This document shows, piece after piece, positions 28,941 to 38,605 of a stretch of DNA of 64,000 bases. The notes under the pieces were generated by a model that did no database searches, was not told where the DNA came from, and worked only from the letters and a program-made list of their open reading frames with translations. Source of the DNA: Escherichia coli (GTDB lineage Bacteria; Pseudomonadota; Gammaproteobacteria; Enterobacterales; Enterobacteriaceae); NCBI RefSeq assembly GCF_041248615.1, contig NZ_CP158425.1; one strand, 5' to 3'. Made by a program: the position numbers and the translations under genes. Within the stretch, counting starts at the first letter, position 1. Each line of letters opens with the position of its first letter.

Positions 28941-29507
28941 TTGTCTTTTTCTGCAAGAAATATATTTAAGATTCTCTCTTCTTTCTTGATGCAGAAAAGC
29001 CCTCTTCATGAAGAAGTATGTGTTCCTGAAGAAACAACAGCTGGTTTATGGGGCCCTCTCCCTGATTCGCATGTCGTGCTTTTCTTAGATTTCGATGGGG
29101 TTTGTCACAGGTGCAAAAATGAAACCTTTGAGCGAATGCCATTGGTGGAAAAATTACTGGATAAATGCCCTTCCATGGTGATTGTCATCTCCAGTTCGTG
29201 GCGTGAATGTGCCAGTATAACTTACCTGAAATCTCTTTTCCGGCTACCTTATAGAGACAAAGTCATAGGTGCTACCGATTCGGTATATTTAAAACCTAAT
29301 CAGTCAGGTGTGCGGGCTGCTGAGTGTGAGGACTTTGTATTTTCACATCGAGTTAAAGCATTTATCTGCCTTGATGACGACGAATCATTATTCCCGGTCG
29401 GTTATCCACATTTGCAAAAAACCAATTATTACACCGGCCTCACCGAATCTGATCTTGCAGCTCTTAACACCAGGTATCATCTGCTTATGAAACGTTGGGC
29501 TTCCTGA
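28941..29507 (+). CDS. HAD-like (HAD_SAK-type) hypothetical hydrolase
   Basis: VVLFLDFDGVCHR ... VVISSSWRE resembles the HAD domain family seen in phage/plasmid proteins. The start codon is uncertain (TTG at 28941 or a downstream ATG). Confidence 0.45.
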   Translation: MSFSARNIFKILSSFLMQKSPLHEEVCVPEETTAGLWGPLPDSHVVLFLDFDGVCHRCKNETFERMPLVEKLLDKCPSMVIVISSSWRECASITYLKSLFRLPYRDKVIGATDSVYLKPNQSGVRAAECEDFVFSHRVKAFICLDDDESLFPVGYPHLQKTNYYTGLTESDLAALNTRYHLLMKRWAS

Positions 29508-29614
29508 ATTAAAGTAACTTTTACGGAGAGCATGCCCGCATTATCAGTTCTATGCTTCTCCATTTCTGCCCCGGGTCAAAGCATTGCACAGTTGGAAGAA
29601 AACATGCCGGTCTC

Positions 29615-30904
29615 TTAAGCTTGCTGCTCAGTTTGGTTCCGGTGCTGAAAAACCTGCCAACGGTGCTTTAGGAATTCAGTATTGATGGGTTTACGCAGCG
29701 GCTTAATAAACTCTCCTTGATATGCCGCTAAATCATGATCTACCGCCAAAGCTTCAGCGAGAATGTTAACCTCCAACGTCACCGGATGAATGGCAATCAT
29801 GTTTGCGTCGAAAAGATCGTGTATATCATGGCGTAAGAGCAACCCATTTGTATAATGGTCTACTCCTCCGTTACGATGCTCCATCAGATGAGCAGCCTCA
29901 GTGCGCTGGCGCAGTCTAGAGCCTGTAATCACACATTGGTCATAACAGTTGTTGCGGACGGCTTCTGCAAATGAGGCCTGATCTGGTCGTGTCTCGACAG
30001 TTGTCTTACTACCCTTACGCTTACCCGGTACAGTAGTTTCATCAGGAATATTCGGCTGAAGCTCCTTTTCTTCTATACCATCAGTCTTCATAGCGACCAT
30101 AATCGCGGCCGGTGGAGATTTAGGCTGATCTTCCTGCGATCTTTCGCGGCCACCAACTGGATACCCTAGAAAACCCTCAATGATCTCTAGTGGAGGTAAT
30201 GTAGCGTTTGAACGTGCATAAATAGCGAACTCTGCGGCACGTCCGCCGGGAATATATCTACGTACCAGTATTGGAAGAGAGGCTTCTTCATCTGGTTCCT
30301 CTTTTTCCGACAGGATTATTCGTTCGGTGAGACGGGCTGAATTTTTTTTCATTTCACTCAACAGTCTATTGCGTTCTTTTACCTTTCGGTCATTATCCTC
30401 CAACATCTTACGATGACTAACCTTAGCCAGATGGTCTTCCAGTTCCTGTATATATTCGGGATCGATAGTGTCAATTAGACCGAACGCCATCAACCGCTCC
30501 CCCCTTGTTTTACAAGATTCTAGCCGAACGCGAATGTACTCCTTACGCTTGGCCATCAAATGTTCTTTTTGTTTTTTTTCTCGAATTACACGGAGCTGAG
30601 TATTGTAATTAGAATAAACGGTTTCGCTATTCTGCTCTGTCTCTAGAGCAAATTTTTGTAGGTGTTCACGTAGTTTTTTACGGGTATTTTTGGGGGCATG
30701 CATTACGGTACGCTCAATGTATGAGCCTGTGCAGCGTAAAGAAAGTACAGTTTCAGCATGGGAATAACCAGCATTGAGACGATAGCGGGCAATTTTAAGC
30801 AAATTATTAAAGTGTGCACCATTACATATACCTAGTTCTTCCAAGACACGACGTTCTCTATCATTAATAGATGGATGGTTAATATCTTTTACTTTGTTTG
30901 CCAT
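29615..30904 (-). CDS. HNH endonuclease-domain protein with long coiled-coil N-terminal region
   Basis: 429 aa. The C-terminal part ...AAHLMEHRNGGVDHYTNGLLLRHDIHDLFD... is an HNH-type motif. It has its own putative promoter (TTCATA-17-TACAAT) after the traG terminator. Confidence 0.7.
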   Translation of the reverse strand: MANKVKDINHPSINDRERRVLEELGICNGAHFNNLLKIARYRLNAGYSHAETVLSLRCTGSYIERTVMHAPKNTRKKLREHLQKFALETEQNSETVYSNYNTQLRVIREKKQKEHLMAKRKEYIRVRLESCKTRGERLMAFGLIDTIDPEYIQELEDHLAKVSHRKMLEDNDRKVKERNRLLSEMKKNSARLTERIILSEKEEPDEEASLPILVRRYIPGGRAAEFAIYARSNATLPPLEIIEGFLGYPVGGRERSQEDQPKSPPAAIMVAMKTDGIEEKELQPNIPDETTVPGKRKGSKTTVETRPDQASFAEAVRNNCYDQCVITGSRLRQRTEAAHLMEHRNGGVDHYTNGLLLRHDIHDLFDANMIAIHPVTLEVNILAEALAVDHDLAAYQGEFIKPLRKPINTEFLKHRWQVFQHRNQTEQQA

Positions 30905-30984
30905 GTCCTGTGTCTCAGTGCCTATTCAGCCGGAACATCTACTACATAAAGAACGAGATTGTACAGAAATCAGCTAAGTTTATG

Positions 30985-31020
30985 AATAAAAAAGGCCGCA
31001 AATTTATACTTTGCGGCCTT
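30985..31020 (-). terminator. rho-independent terminator after traG
   Basis: Stem AAGGCCGCAA/TTGCGGCCTT followed by a T-run on the minus strand. Confidence 0.75.
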
Positions 31021-31084
31021 CACTGTTTAACACCATATTTTAGTAAATACGTTTAATTTTCATTAGGTTATATTTGAAACTCAC

Positions 31085-34000
31085 CTACCTTTTATTTTCA
31101 TTAAGCCACTGATCCGCTTTATCGACACGTGACTGGTAAGGCTCATTTGTGTTGCTCAGCTCTGACTTCATGTACTGAATGAATTCATCTGCTTTCTGAG
31201 GCCCAAAGCGTGGGTCATCCGTCAATTGCTGCCGGATAGCCCTTTCAGAGTTCTGCGCTGCATTCGCATAAGTCGAAACGCCGTCGCTGCTAATACTCTG
31301 ATACCGGTCACTTACAGCTGCGACGCCATCAGACATCTGCATGTGATTAAGGACTTTACCCTGGAGAGAATCAGGCATATTTGCAGGGTTAGAGGCATCA
31401 TTTGCTATCGATGTCTGGGTTTGAAGGATGCCCGCTCCCGTAAGCATCTCATTTACCGGTTTCGCCCCAACGCTGGTTAGCGTATCCGAAACAAATTGCT
31501 GGCCCCCGAGTAGCGCACCAGAAATCGCGCCCCGCTCAGTGTTGGCCTCTATCTTTTCCCCAACCAAGCGATCTGTGACGGTCTGAGTGCGGTTACCAAC
31601 GAGACCACCGCCCGACCCACCCTCTCCTAGGTTTGCCCGTACGACTGACTCAAGTGAACCATCAGCTCTGTTATGAGTGTTGAAACTGCTATGGATGCTC
31701 TGAACGTCATTCATACTCCAGTTAACGTTATAGTTACCCAGTTCATTAAGGATCTTCTGGGTATCCGCTTTGAGCTGCTCTCTTTCGGCACCGGTAGCCA
31801 TGGTGCTGGCACCATAGGTAAAGACAGCTTGCTGTGCCAATTCAGCTCGCTTATCGTCCCGGCTTAAGTTCGGGTTGTTGGCAACACGACTAAAGTAGTT
31901 ATCAGTGTTATTAGATAAGCCACGAACTTGACCGCTCTGATACATACTGTTCAAAGCAGTGGCTCGTTGATCCATTCCATCACCAACCACCCGACCTCCG
32001 GTAGCCTTTTCCAGATCGTTAAATGTGCCTTCTGCATTTCTGACATCCTGACCTGAATTGACGACTTTCTCTACACCCTGATTATTCAGTACAGGGCCAT
32101 TCGTTTTGAGAGAATTGAGCACATTCCTTTCTTCATCAGAATAAGTGCGGCCCACGTTGTTGTTATGTATTCCCTGAATATCGCCTTTGCCCGCGTTATC
32201 AAGGTTATACGGAGTAAAGCCAGCTTCACTTTTTCCAGGGACACGCTGAGTCGCGTCCTGAGCGTTGGAGGAAAGACCGAGTTTAGCCTGCGAATCAACA
32301 CTTCCACCCAGTTCCCCTACGCGTGACGCACTCATCACGCCAGACGTATTTACGCTGTCAGGAGTTCTATCCTGTGCCTGAGTGATAGTATTAATTCCTG
32401 ACCCTTCGCCTGAAATTCTGTCGAGCTGATTGGTGATAGGTAGCAGCTGCTGTGCATTACCACCGAAGTCGGAAACCAGACTTTTAAGCAGGCTGGAGGT
32501 TTCACGGAGATCCTGTTTATTACTTTCGGCCGTCTCTCCCCGGGCGGTATCAATCGCAATTTTTTGCTCACTGAAATCTCGTGTTGCAGCCACAAGCGCG
32601 TCAGTACGTTGAAGCTGCGAACCAAGCTGATTACTGGCCTTGAAGGTATCGTTATAGGAGTTAAATTTCTCCATAAACGCATTCTCATCCAGCCCATTCT
32701 TACGAGCAAAATTCCTTACATCATCATCACTGAAGTTTTTGTTGCGAATAGAATCGGAGAACCTGTCCAGGTTAATGCTTTGTTTAGAATCAAGGCTCAT
32801 TCCACTATTGGAGCTGGCGTTAGTCGATACCGATGTAGAAATGTTTTGCGCCATCGTCTGTGTCGCCTGGTTCATTTTCGACGATGCTTCTTTAAACGCA
32901 TTAGTATTGGATATCTGATCGCTGCTTACCTGAGACGCCGCTTTACTGAACTGGTCAGTCAAAGCAGAATCCTGGCTAAGCTGATTCGTGATTGCTTTTG
33001 AAAGGTCATTTGAAAGCGAGTCACTGCCTGTATTGGTCTTAGATGCGCCGCTACTCAATTGCCCTGCTACAGCTGCTTTCAGCCCGGCTCCGTTGCCAGT
33101 TCCAGCACCTCCATTAAGCCCAGCGTTTAGAATAACATTTGAAGCAATGCTGGCCATCTGAGACGCACTCACCCCATGTTTCGTTGCAATACCTTCTGCT
33201 ACAGAGGCACCAATCTTATCCGAGATCTGCTTCATTGTTTGCAGGTTGGTTGAGAACTGCTGGCTCGACTGTCCTGACCTTCCAATTTCACTCATCTGAC
33301 TGTAACCAGCCTGGAATGAATTACTTGCCGCACTCATAACTGATGAGGTTACAGCTGATCCTTGCCCCTGGCTGTTAGCGATACTTGAACCAGCATTCCA
33401 CATTCCAAGACGGAAATTACTTGAATCAACTGCGCCGCCATCGCTGTATCCCTGACCGGTACTGGTCAAGGCGGTTCGTGTCACGTCACCAAATGAAGAT
33501 TTACCGCTGTTAGGGCCATCCCATACTTTGGGCGTTACATGACCAGTATCCACCGGCGCATCGGGGGTCACTCCCTTAACCGCATTCATCATCGGGTGAA
33601 TCGACTGTGTCATCAGGAATAATGTGAGTACCGGAATCAGAGCATAAAGCGCGGAAGCAACAGACAGGTATGAACTGTATGTTTCCGCAAGCCCTGGGAG
33701 CCCCATCCACGTGACGGCATTATTCTGGCTGTTGAGGGTGCTCCAGGTATCCAGATCGGCCGTCGCGACTTTCTTCACATACGCGTTGACCATTACTGCC
33801 GTAAGCGGCCACATATTCACGAAGAGAATAAGTTGCAAATATTTCGCCGCAGCGGCAACACCATTACCACCTAACGCCAGCAGCATAAGCAAAGCAAATG
33901 GAGCAACCATGTAAGCAAACATCTCAAGGAATGCGATTGCTGCTCCAGACAGTTGTAACCACAACTGGCCCTGTGAAGCCATTGTGTTGGTTCGCTTCAG

Positions 34001-35038
34001 AGAAGCCTCAAACAACTGCATATCGGAAGCCAGACCGAGTGGGGTCTTATATTTGCTTGCGCCATTTCTGAGCTCATTCATTATGAACAGGTTCAGGGTG
34101 GCGTCATACGAACCAATAGCCTTACCGTACATACCATTTGCTGACGCCATAACATCAGTAAAACTTGCGCCGGTAGGTGCACCATTTGCTTCGTCTGGAG
34201 TAAGGATGCCGTTTGTCTGTCCTATAAGGGAAATAGTCTGGCGAGCTTCAGCTGTACTGGTAACCTGTTTCACAGTTGACCAGACCTCATCACACGTACC
34301 AGATTTTGAACCGTTAGCGCCAACAATACTGGCAGAGGCATTCTTCAGTGCGCCTTTCATCGCCTGATTAATCCGGTCCATGCTATCTGCCAGATTAGCT
34401 GAGAAAATATCGTTAAAAATAGTTTCTTTACCGGCAATATTTGCGCTTGAGTTTTGGGTAGCCTTCAGGCAGTTGTATGCAAGAGACTGAACGGTAGCAC
34501 ATACGTTCATTGGCCCTAGCCCGCTGGCCGGTTCAGGAAATGCAGAACAGTAGCCCTGGCTATCGCCGCCCCATTGCAAAAACTTCACGAATCGGATCAT
34601 CGGACCGAGGGTGATGTCATCGTCCAGAGTTGTTGCAGACAGGTCCACCGGAGAAAGCGGATCAAACGCAGTTTTATAATCCTTCAGCAAACCCTGGCTT
34701 AAGTTAGTGGTGACGGTGGCCATCGCAGCAATAAAAATTGGAATTCCGTCGACGTTTCTGACCTCTCCCGACTTTACAGATTCAATAGTTACATCCACTC
34801 GAACCATTGCCATCATGAAAAGGATCAACCCCAAAAACCAGGAGAAAAACGGTAATTCATTTTTGGTCGGAGCCTGAAGCCATAGCCACGTTTTATAGAA
34901 TAGGCTCACACCTGCTACAACGGCGGCCGTGGTCAGGAACTCTTTTACACCAGTATATTGAGAAAAGATTAGGGCAATACCGGTAAAAGCCGACCAGACA
35001 AAATCAATATCACCCAGGGTATATATGTTGTAATCCAT
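31085..35038 (-). CDS. traG: F-type T4SS mating-pair stabilisation protein TraG
   Basis: 1317 aa. Polytopic N-terminal TraG_N-like half and a long Ser/Gly/Asn/Gln-rich C-terminal half. Synteny traF-traH-traG. Confidence 0.85.
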   Translation of the reverse strand: MDYNIYTLGDIDFVWSAFTGIALIFSQYTGVKEFLTTAAVVAGVSLFYKTWLWLQAPTKNELPFFSWFLGLILFMMAMVRVDVTIESVKSGEVRNVDGIPIFIAAMATVTTNLSQGLLKDYKTAFDPLSPVDLSATTLDDDITLGPMIRFVKFLQWGGDSQGYCSAFPEPASGLGPMNVCATVQSLAYNCLKATQNSSANIAGKETIFNDIFSANLADSMDRINQAMKGALKNASASIVGANGSKSGTCDEVWSTVKQVTSTAEARQTISLIGQTNGILTPDEANGAPTGASFTDVMASANGMYGKAIGSYDATLNLFIMNELRNGASKYKTPLGLASDMQLFEASLKRTNTMASQGQLWLQLSGAAIAFLEMFAYMVAPFALLMLLALGGNGVAAAAKYLQLILFVNMWPLTAVMVNAYVKKVATADLDTWSTLNSQNNAVTWMGLPGLAETYSSYLSVASALYALIPVLTLFLMTQSIHPMMNAVKGVTPDAPVDTGHVTPKVWDGPNSGKSSFGDVTRTALTSTGQGYSDGGAVDSSNFRLGMWNAGSSIANSQGQGSAVTSSVMSAASNSFQAGYSQMSEIGRSGQSSQQFSTNLQTMKQISDKIGASVAEGIATKHGVSASQMASIASNVILNAGLNGGAGTGNGAGLKAAVAGQLSSGASKTNTGSDSLSNDLSKAITNQLSQDSALTDQFSKAASQVSSDQISNTNAFKEASSKMNQATQTMAQNISTSVSTNASSNSGMSLDSKQSINLDRFSDSIRNKNFSDDDVRNFARKNGLDENAFMEKFNSYNDTFKASNQLGSQLQRTDALVAATRDFSEQKIAIDTARGETAESNKQDLRETSSLLKSLVSDFGGNAQQLLPITNQLDRISGEGSGINTITQAQDRTPDSVNTSGVMSASRVGELGGSVDSQAKLGLSSNAQDATQRVPGKSEAGFTPYNLDNAGKGDIQGIHNNNVGRTYSDEERNVLNSLKTNGPVLNNQGVEKVVNSGQDVRNAEGTFNDLEKATGGRVVGDGMDQRATALNSMYQSGQVRGLSNNTDNYFSRVANNPNLSRDDKRAELAQQAVFTYGASTMATGAEREQLKADTQKILNELGNYNVNWSMNDVQSIHSSFNTHNRADGSLESVVRANLGEGGSGGGLVGNRTQTVTDRLVGEKIEANTERGAISGALLGGQQFVSDTLTSVGAKPVNEMLTGAGILQTQTSIANDASNPANMPDSLQGKVLNHMQMSDGVAAVSDRYQSISSDGVSTYANAAQNSERAIRQQLTDDPRFGPQKADEFIQYMKSELSNTNEPYQSRVDKADQWLNENKR

Positions 35039-35046
35039 GTCAGACC

Positions 35047-36462
35047 TCAGTTACGTGTGCCACGAATACTTTCAGTGAAAGCCTTCCGTTGCAGGCGACG
35101 GTTATCCCAGGTTGAAATGACGTCCGAGCTGGTACCGACCTGGCTGTGCGATAGCTCATAGGCGGCTTTAACCTGTTTTGAGAGATTGTCTGTTAATCGG
35201 TTGAGATCATCCCTTTTACCCGACAGCGACTCACTCGGTATGCTCATGGTTGAAATTTTGGCCTCAACCTGGCGCAACATGTTGATTACGAGGCTCGTCG
35301 CAGCAATAGTGCTTATGTCCTGAATGTATGCGTACCCTTCCGGTGCTTCGAATGTTTGCAAAGAGTCGATAATGGTCGGGATGCCGATATAGGAGATAAT
35401 GCGTAATTCATCATCTGAAACACGAACGTCGTTGATGATTTTTTTCTGTACGTTTAAAAGAAGATCAGAAATGGTATCCTTCAATCCCTTAAAACCACCG
35501 TCATTAACTTCTGACATGACAAGGCACTGAGCCTTTCGTGGGGATGATGGATCTGGTGCCGGAGAACACTTGAGCATTTTAATTGATCCGCCAGCTGGTG
35601 GCCCCATGATGTAATCCGTGACAGTCATGGTAGACGGGCGGACTTCCATTCCCGCTTTTTCGCCTTTGCTATCCCAGTTGATAATGACAGTACCCACGAG
35701 AGACATAAGTTGTTCTGCCAATTTATAACCGGATAACTCCGTTACCCCTCCGATGTTCATTGTTCCCTTATCAATATCCATGAACGACATATAGAAGAGG
35801 TTACCACTGAATTTTTCAGCGAACTCTTCGGGATCCTTTGCTTTAACCTGAGAAGTGACAGCTTCAGGTGACTTTGTCATCGATGAGCCAAAATCAGGAA
35901 TGAGACCATTAATCGATCCCAGAATTGAGGCTGGTCCAGAGCTAACTGAGTTAGCGAACTGGCTTGGCGTACCCACGTTTTCAGAAAGGAAAGAGTAAGT
36001 TGCATTGCATGAATCTTTCGCAAATTTATTTAGCGCTTGCAGTTTGTTTTGGATGTCATTAATCGTTGCAGCACAGTCAGCACAAATAGCTGAAACAGCA
36101 ACGTTAAAAGCATAGATAGCCGCACCCTGGGCAATACCACGGGCCACCTGCACAAGCTGGTCCCCGTTGATCATGCTGAAGGACCCAAGAAAAACGTCAA
36201 TACCATTACAACCGACAGAAGCTTTTGGAAACGACATGGAAACAAGGTTGGTATTAACGTTTGTTGTTCGGTAAGACATTGACCCGCCAACTATGCCTGT
36301 ACGGGTTGCTGTGGAAAAGGTGGCCGGGCTGGTAGACGTCATCATGCCATTGAAAATGTTACGCATTGCGTTGTCTGCATTTGCAGTCGGGGCTAAAATT
36401 GCAGCACAAACAGAAAGAGACAAAAGTAACTTTTTGAAGTTGAAAACGGCATTACTGCGCAT
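35047..36462 (-). CDS. traH: F-type T4SS protein TraH
   Basis: Signal peptide MRSNAVFNFKKLLLSLSVCAAILAPTANA. The start at 36462 overlaps the traF stop by 11 nt. Typical TraH size. Confidence 0.8.
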   Translation of the reverse strand: MRSNAVFNFKKLLLSLSVCAAILAPTANADNAMRNIFNGMMTSTSPATFSTATRTGIVGGSMSYRTTNVNTNLVSMSFPKASVGCNGIDVFLGSFSMINGDQLVQVARGIAQGAAIYAFNVAVSAICADCAATINDIQNKLQALNKFAKDSCNATYSFLSENVGTPSQFANSVSSGPASILGSINGLIPDFGSSMTKSPEAVTSQVKAKDPEEFAEKFSGNLFYMSFMDIDKGTMNIGGVTELSGYKLAEQLMSLVGTVIINWDSKGEKAGMEVRPSTMTVTDYIMGPPAGGSIKMLKCSPAPDPSSPRKAQCLVMSEVNDGGFKGLKDTISDLLLNVQKKIINDVRVSDDELRIISYIGIPTIIDSLQTFEAPEGYAYIQDISTIAATSLVINMLRQVEAKISTMSIPSESLSGKRDDLNRLTDNLSKQVKAAYELSHSQVGTSSDVISTWDNRRLQRKAFTESIRGTRN

Positions 36463-37498
36463 AAGTGCCTCCAAAACTGCCGCCAGCATTGAGATAATTG
36501 ACCGGATCGGCCGTAGGCATGTCATAGCCTTCGAGTTTTTGGTCCATTATTTTTTGAAGTAAGAATGGGTCTGATTCCATTTCGGATTTATTAACGGTAA
36601 TAACGCCATCATCACCGATGGTATATTGCCTTTTAATATCTAGAGTTGACTGAAACGAAGCGTCATCGATCAGATTCATGCCCTTCGCGGCAAGTATAAT
36701 AGTGTTCTTTAATTCATCAGCGGAGATCATGCCTTCACTAATGCGCTGAGCTGATGTCCCATCCTTTGAAACCAGGAAAATTGTAGGTACCTCTCGAATT
36801 TTAAATTGATCAATAATTTGTGCATTGGGGATGTTAAAATCCTGAAAAAGGCCATTATGCAATGGCCTTCCATCCATACTGATTGGAAGAATATCTACCG
36901 AATAATAGTTCTGCATAAATTGAAGTATTTGGCTCTCTTCGTGGCAAAACTGGCAAGTACTCTGGAAAAAGAAAAATAAACCTGACTTAGTAAAGATATC
37001 TTTCATTACCGTTTGCTGATTTTTTTCAACAACAGTGCGGTGAGCATCCAGTGCCACCTTTTCCACTGGTTGCCTGCGTTTTTCAGACATCATCGGGTTT
37101 TTAAGAAAATAATCTTTTGATTTGTCAGAAAAACGCGTACTGATATCCAGCATTAACCTTTGCGCCGTGTAATAACGTGATAGATTTTCTGCGGTAGGGT
37201 TATCCATTGCCTGCGTTAACAGTCGAGGCATATTCTCTTTTAGCCATTTTGAATTTAAATCTACCTTTTCCTCTTTTGAAGGCGAGCTAGCAGCACCGGT
37301 TGGTGGCAAAACCTTTTCTTCTTCAGCTTCGCTTTTTTTAGCAGGATCGTCATACCAGAAGAAACCCTTCTTATAAGCCTGGCCTGATACAAAGGGCGTA
37401 TCTTTTATTAGGGGTTGCTCAGGGCTGGCGTGGGCACCAGTAATTACCAAAGACATAAGCAAAACCATCTTTGAAGGCGCTAATGCAATACGAGTCAT
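36452..37498 (-). CDS. traF: TraF/TrbB-like thioredoxin-fold T4SS protein
   Basis: Signal peptide plus a C-terminal thioredoxin-like domain with CxxC (QSTCQFCHEES). Confidence 0.8.
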   Translation of the reverse strand: MTRIALAPSKMVLLMSLVITGAHASPEQPLIKDTPFVSGQAYKKGFFWYDDPAKKSEAEEEKVLPPTGAASSPSKEEKVDLNSKWLKENMPRLLTQAMDNPTAENLSRYYTAQRLMLDISTRFSDKSKDYFLKNPMMSEKRRQPVEKVALDAHRTVVEKNQQTVMKDIFTKSGLFFFFQSTCQFCHEESQILQFMQNYYSVDILPISMDGRPLHNGLFQDFNIPNAQIIDQFKIREVPTIFLVSKDGTSAQRISEGMISADELKNTIILAAKGMNLIDDASFQSTLDIKRQYTIGDDGVITVNKSEMESDPFLLQKIMDQKLEGYDMPTADPVNYLNAGGSFGGTYAQ

Positions 37499-38091
37499 AG
37501 ACCGTTCTCCTTTTCTGATGCGGTTATGATGGCATACAAAAAAAAGGTTAGAGCTCGTATAGCATGGTCGTTTTTATGTTGAAAAGGACGGAAAAGGAGT
37601 GCTGACTAAGAAGATAGTCTCGGTGATGGAAAGATCATCCATCTTGCACATTGTGAAAAATCCGGTGTAACAAAAACATGGTTTTATCGAATATCTAAAA
37701 GCAAATATTGCTTTGAAAACAGGTGTATTAAGAGCTGAAAAAAATCATCACCAGTAACGCTGTTTCTATATTTCAAAGAAGGAATAGCTAAGGATCAAAG
37801 AAGCGAACTTAGGCAAGAATATAAAATATATTAATTGAAAGCGATTAAGAAGTCGTCATGCATAGAAGGTTTTAGAGAACCTAAGTAGTTTTACGTTTTC
37901 AACAGAAAAAAAGGTGAACATTTTTTGGAACGAAGAAAGACTGTATAAAGAAAAATCAAATTATATCTTTACTTGTCAAGAGTTAATATTTAAGTTGTAA
38001 CTAATATTTGATTGTAAAGCAAACAACAGAATTTGACTTAAGTCAATATTTAGATTCAGACAAGGCAAGTTTCGCGATATCTTTTTTAAAT

Positions 38092-38604
38092 TTAATCTAA
38101 TTCTTCTTGAGAATACCTCTCTATGGCTGAAGCAGTTGAAGATAATCTGCAACGTGGACAATAAGCATCATTTGTCACTGGCACAATGTATGGGCGTTTA
38201 CATTTTTCGCAGGCACCTAGTTCTTCAATTTCTTTCATAGAAGTAAGGATTTCTATTATTTTATTAACTTCCGGTGCGCATACAAAGTATCCCAGATTAT
38301 GAAGGACACTCATTATTCGGTTGAAGTCAATTTGCCGAAAACTCGCTTCCGGATTTATTGGATCAAAACCAAAATAGTTAACTGCGACATCAATAACAGC
38401 AGAAAAAGCTCGGCGGTTATCTGTGCGTTTGCTCCAGCCCCGGATACCTTTTTTGAGTTTTGTTTTTGCACCAGGCTCAAAATCGATATTTTCAGCAACA
38501 TGATTACCGTACAAAATTCGTATTGTATTTTTATTTGCCCCAAGCGACATAGTCCTTGCTGCTCGCAATAGAGCATTAGCTTTTGTTTGATCGACCTTTG
38601 CCAT
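38092..38604 (-). CDS. FlhC-family transcriptional activator subunit (SetC/AcaC type)
   Basis: 170 aa. C-terminal zinc-ribbon CEKC...CPRC as in FlhC. Sits upstream of traFHG as in SXT/IncC-type elements. Confidence 0.75.
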   Translation of the reverse strand: MAKVDQTKANALLRAARTMSLGANKNTIRILYGNHVAENIDFEPGAKTKLKKGIRGWSKRTDNRRAFSAVIDVAVNYFGFDPINPEASFRQIDFNRIMSVLHNLGYFVCAPEVNKIIEILTSMKEIEELGACEKCKRPYIVPVTNDAYCPRCRLSSTASAIERYSQEELD

Positions 38605-38605
38605 A

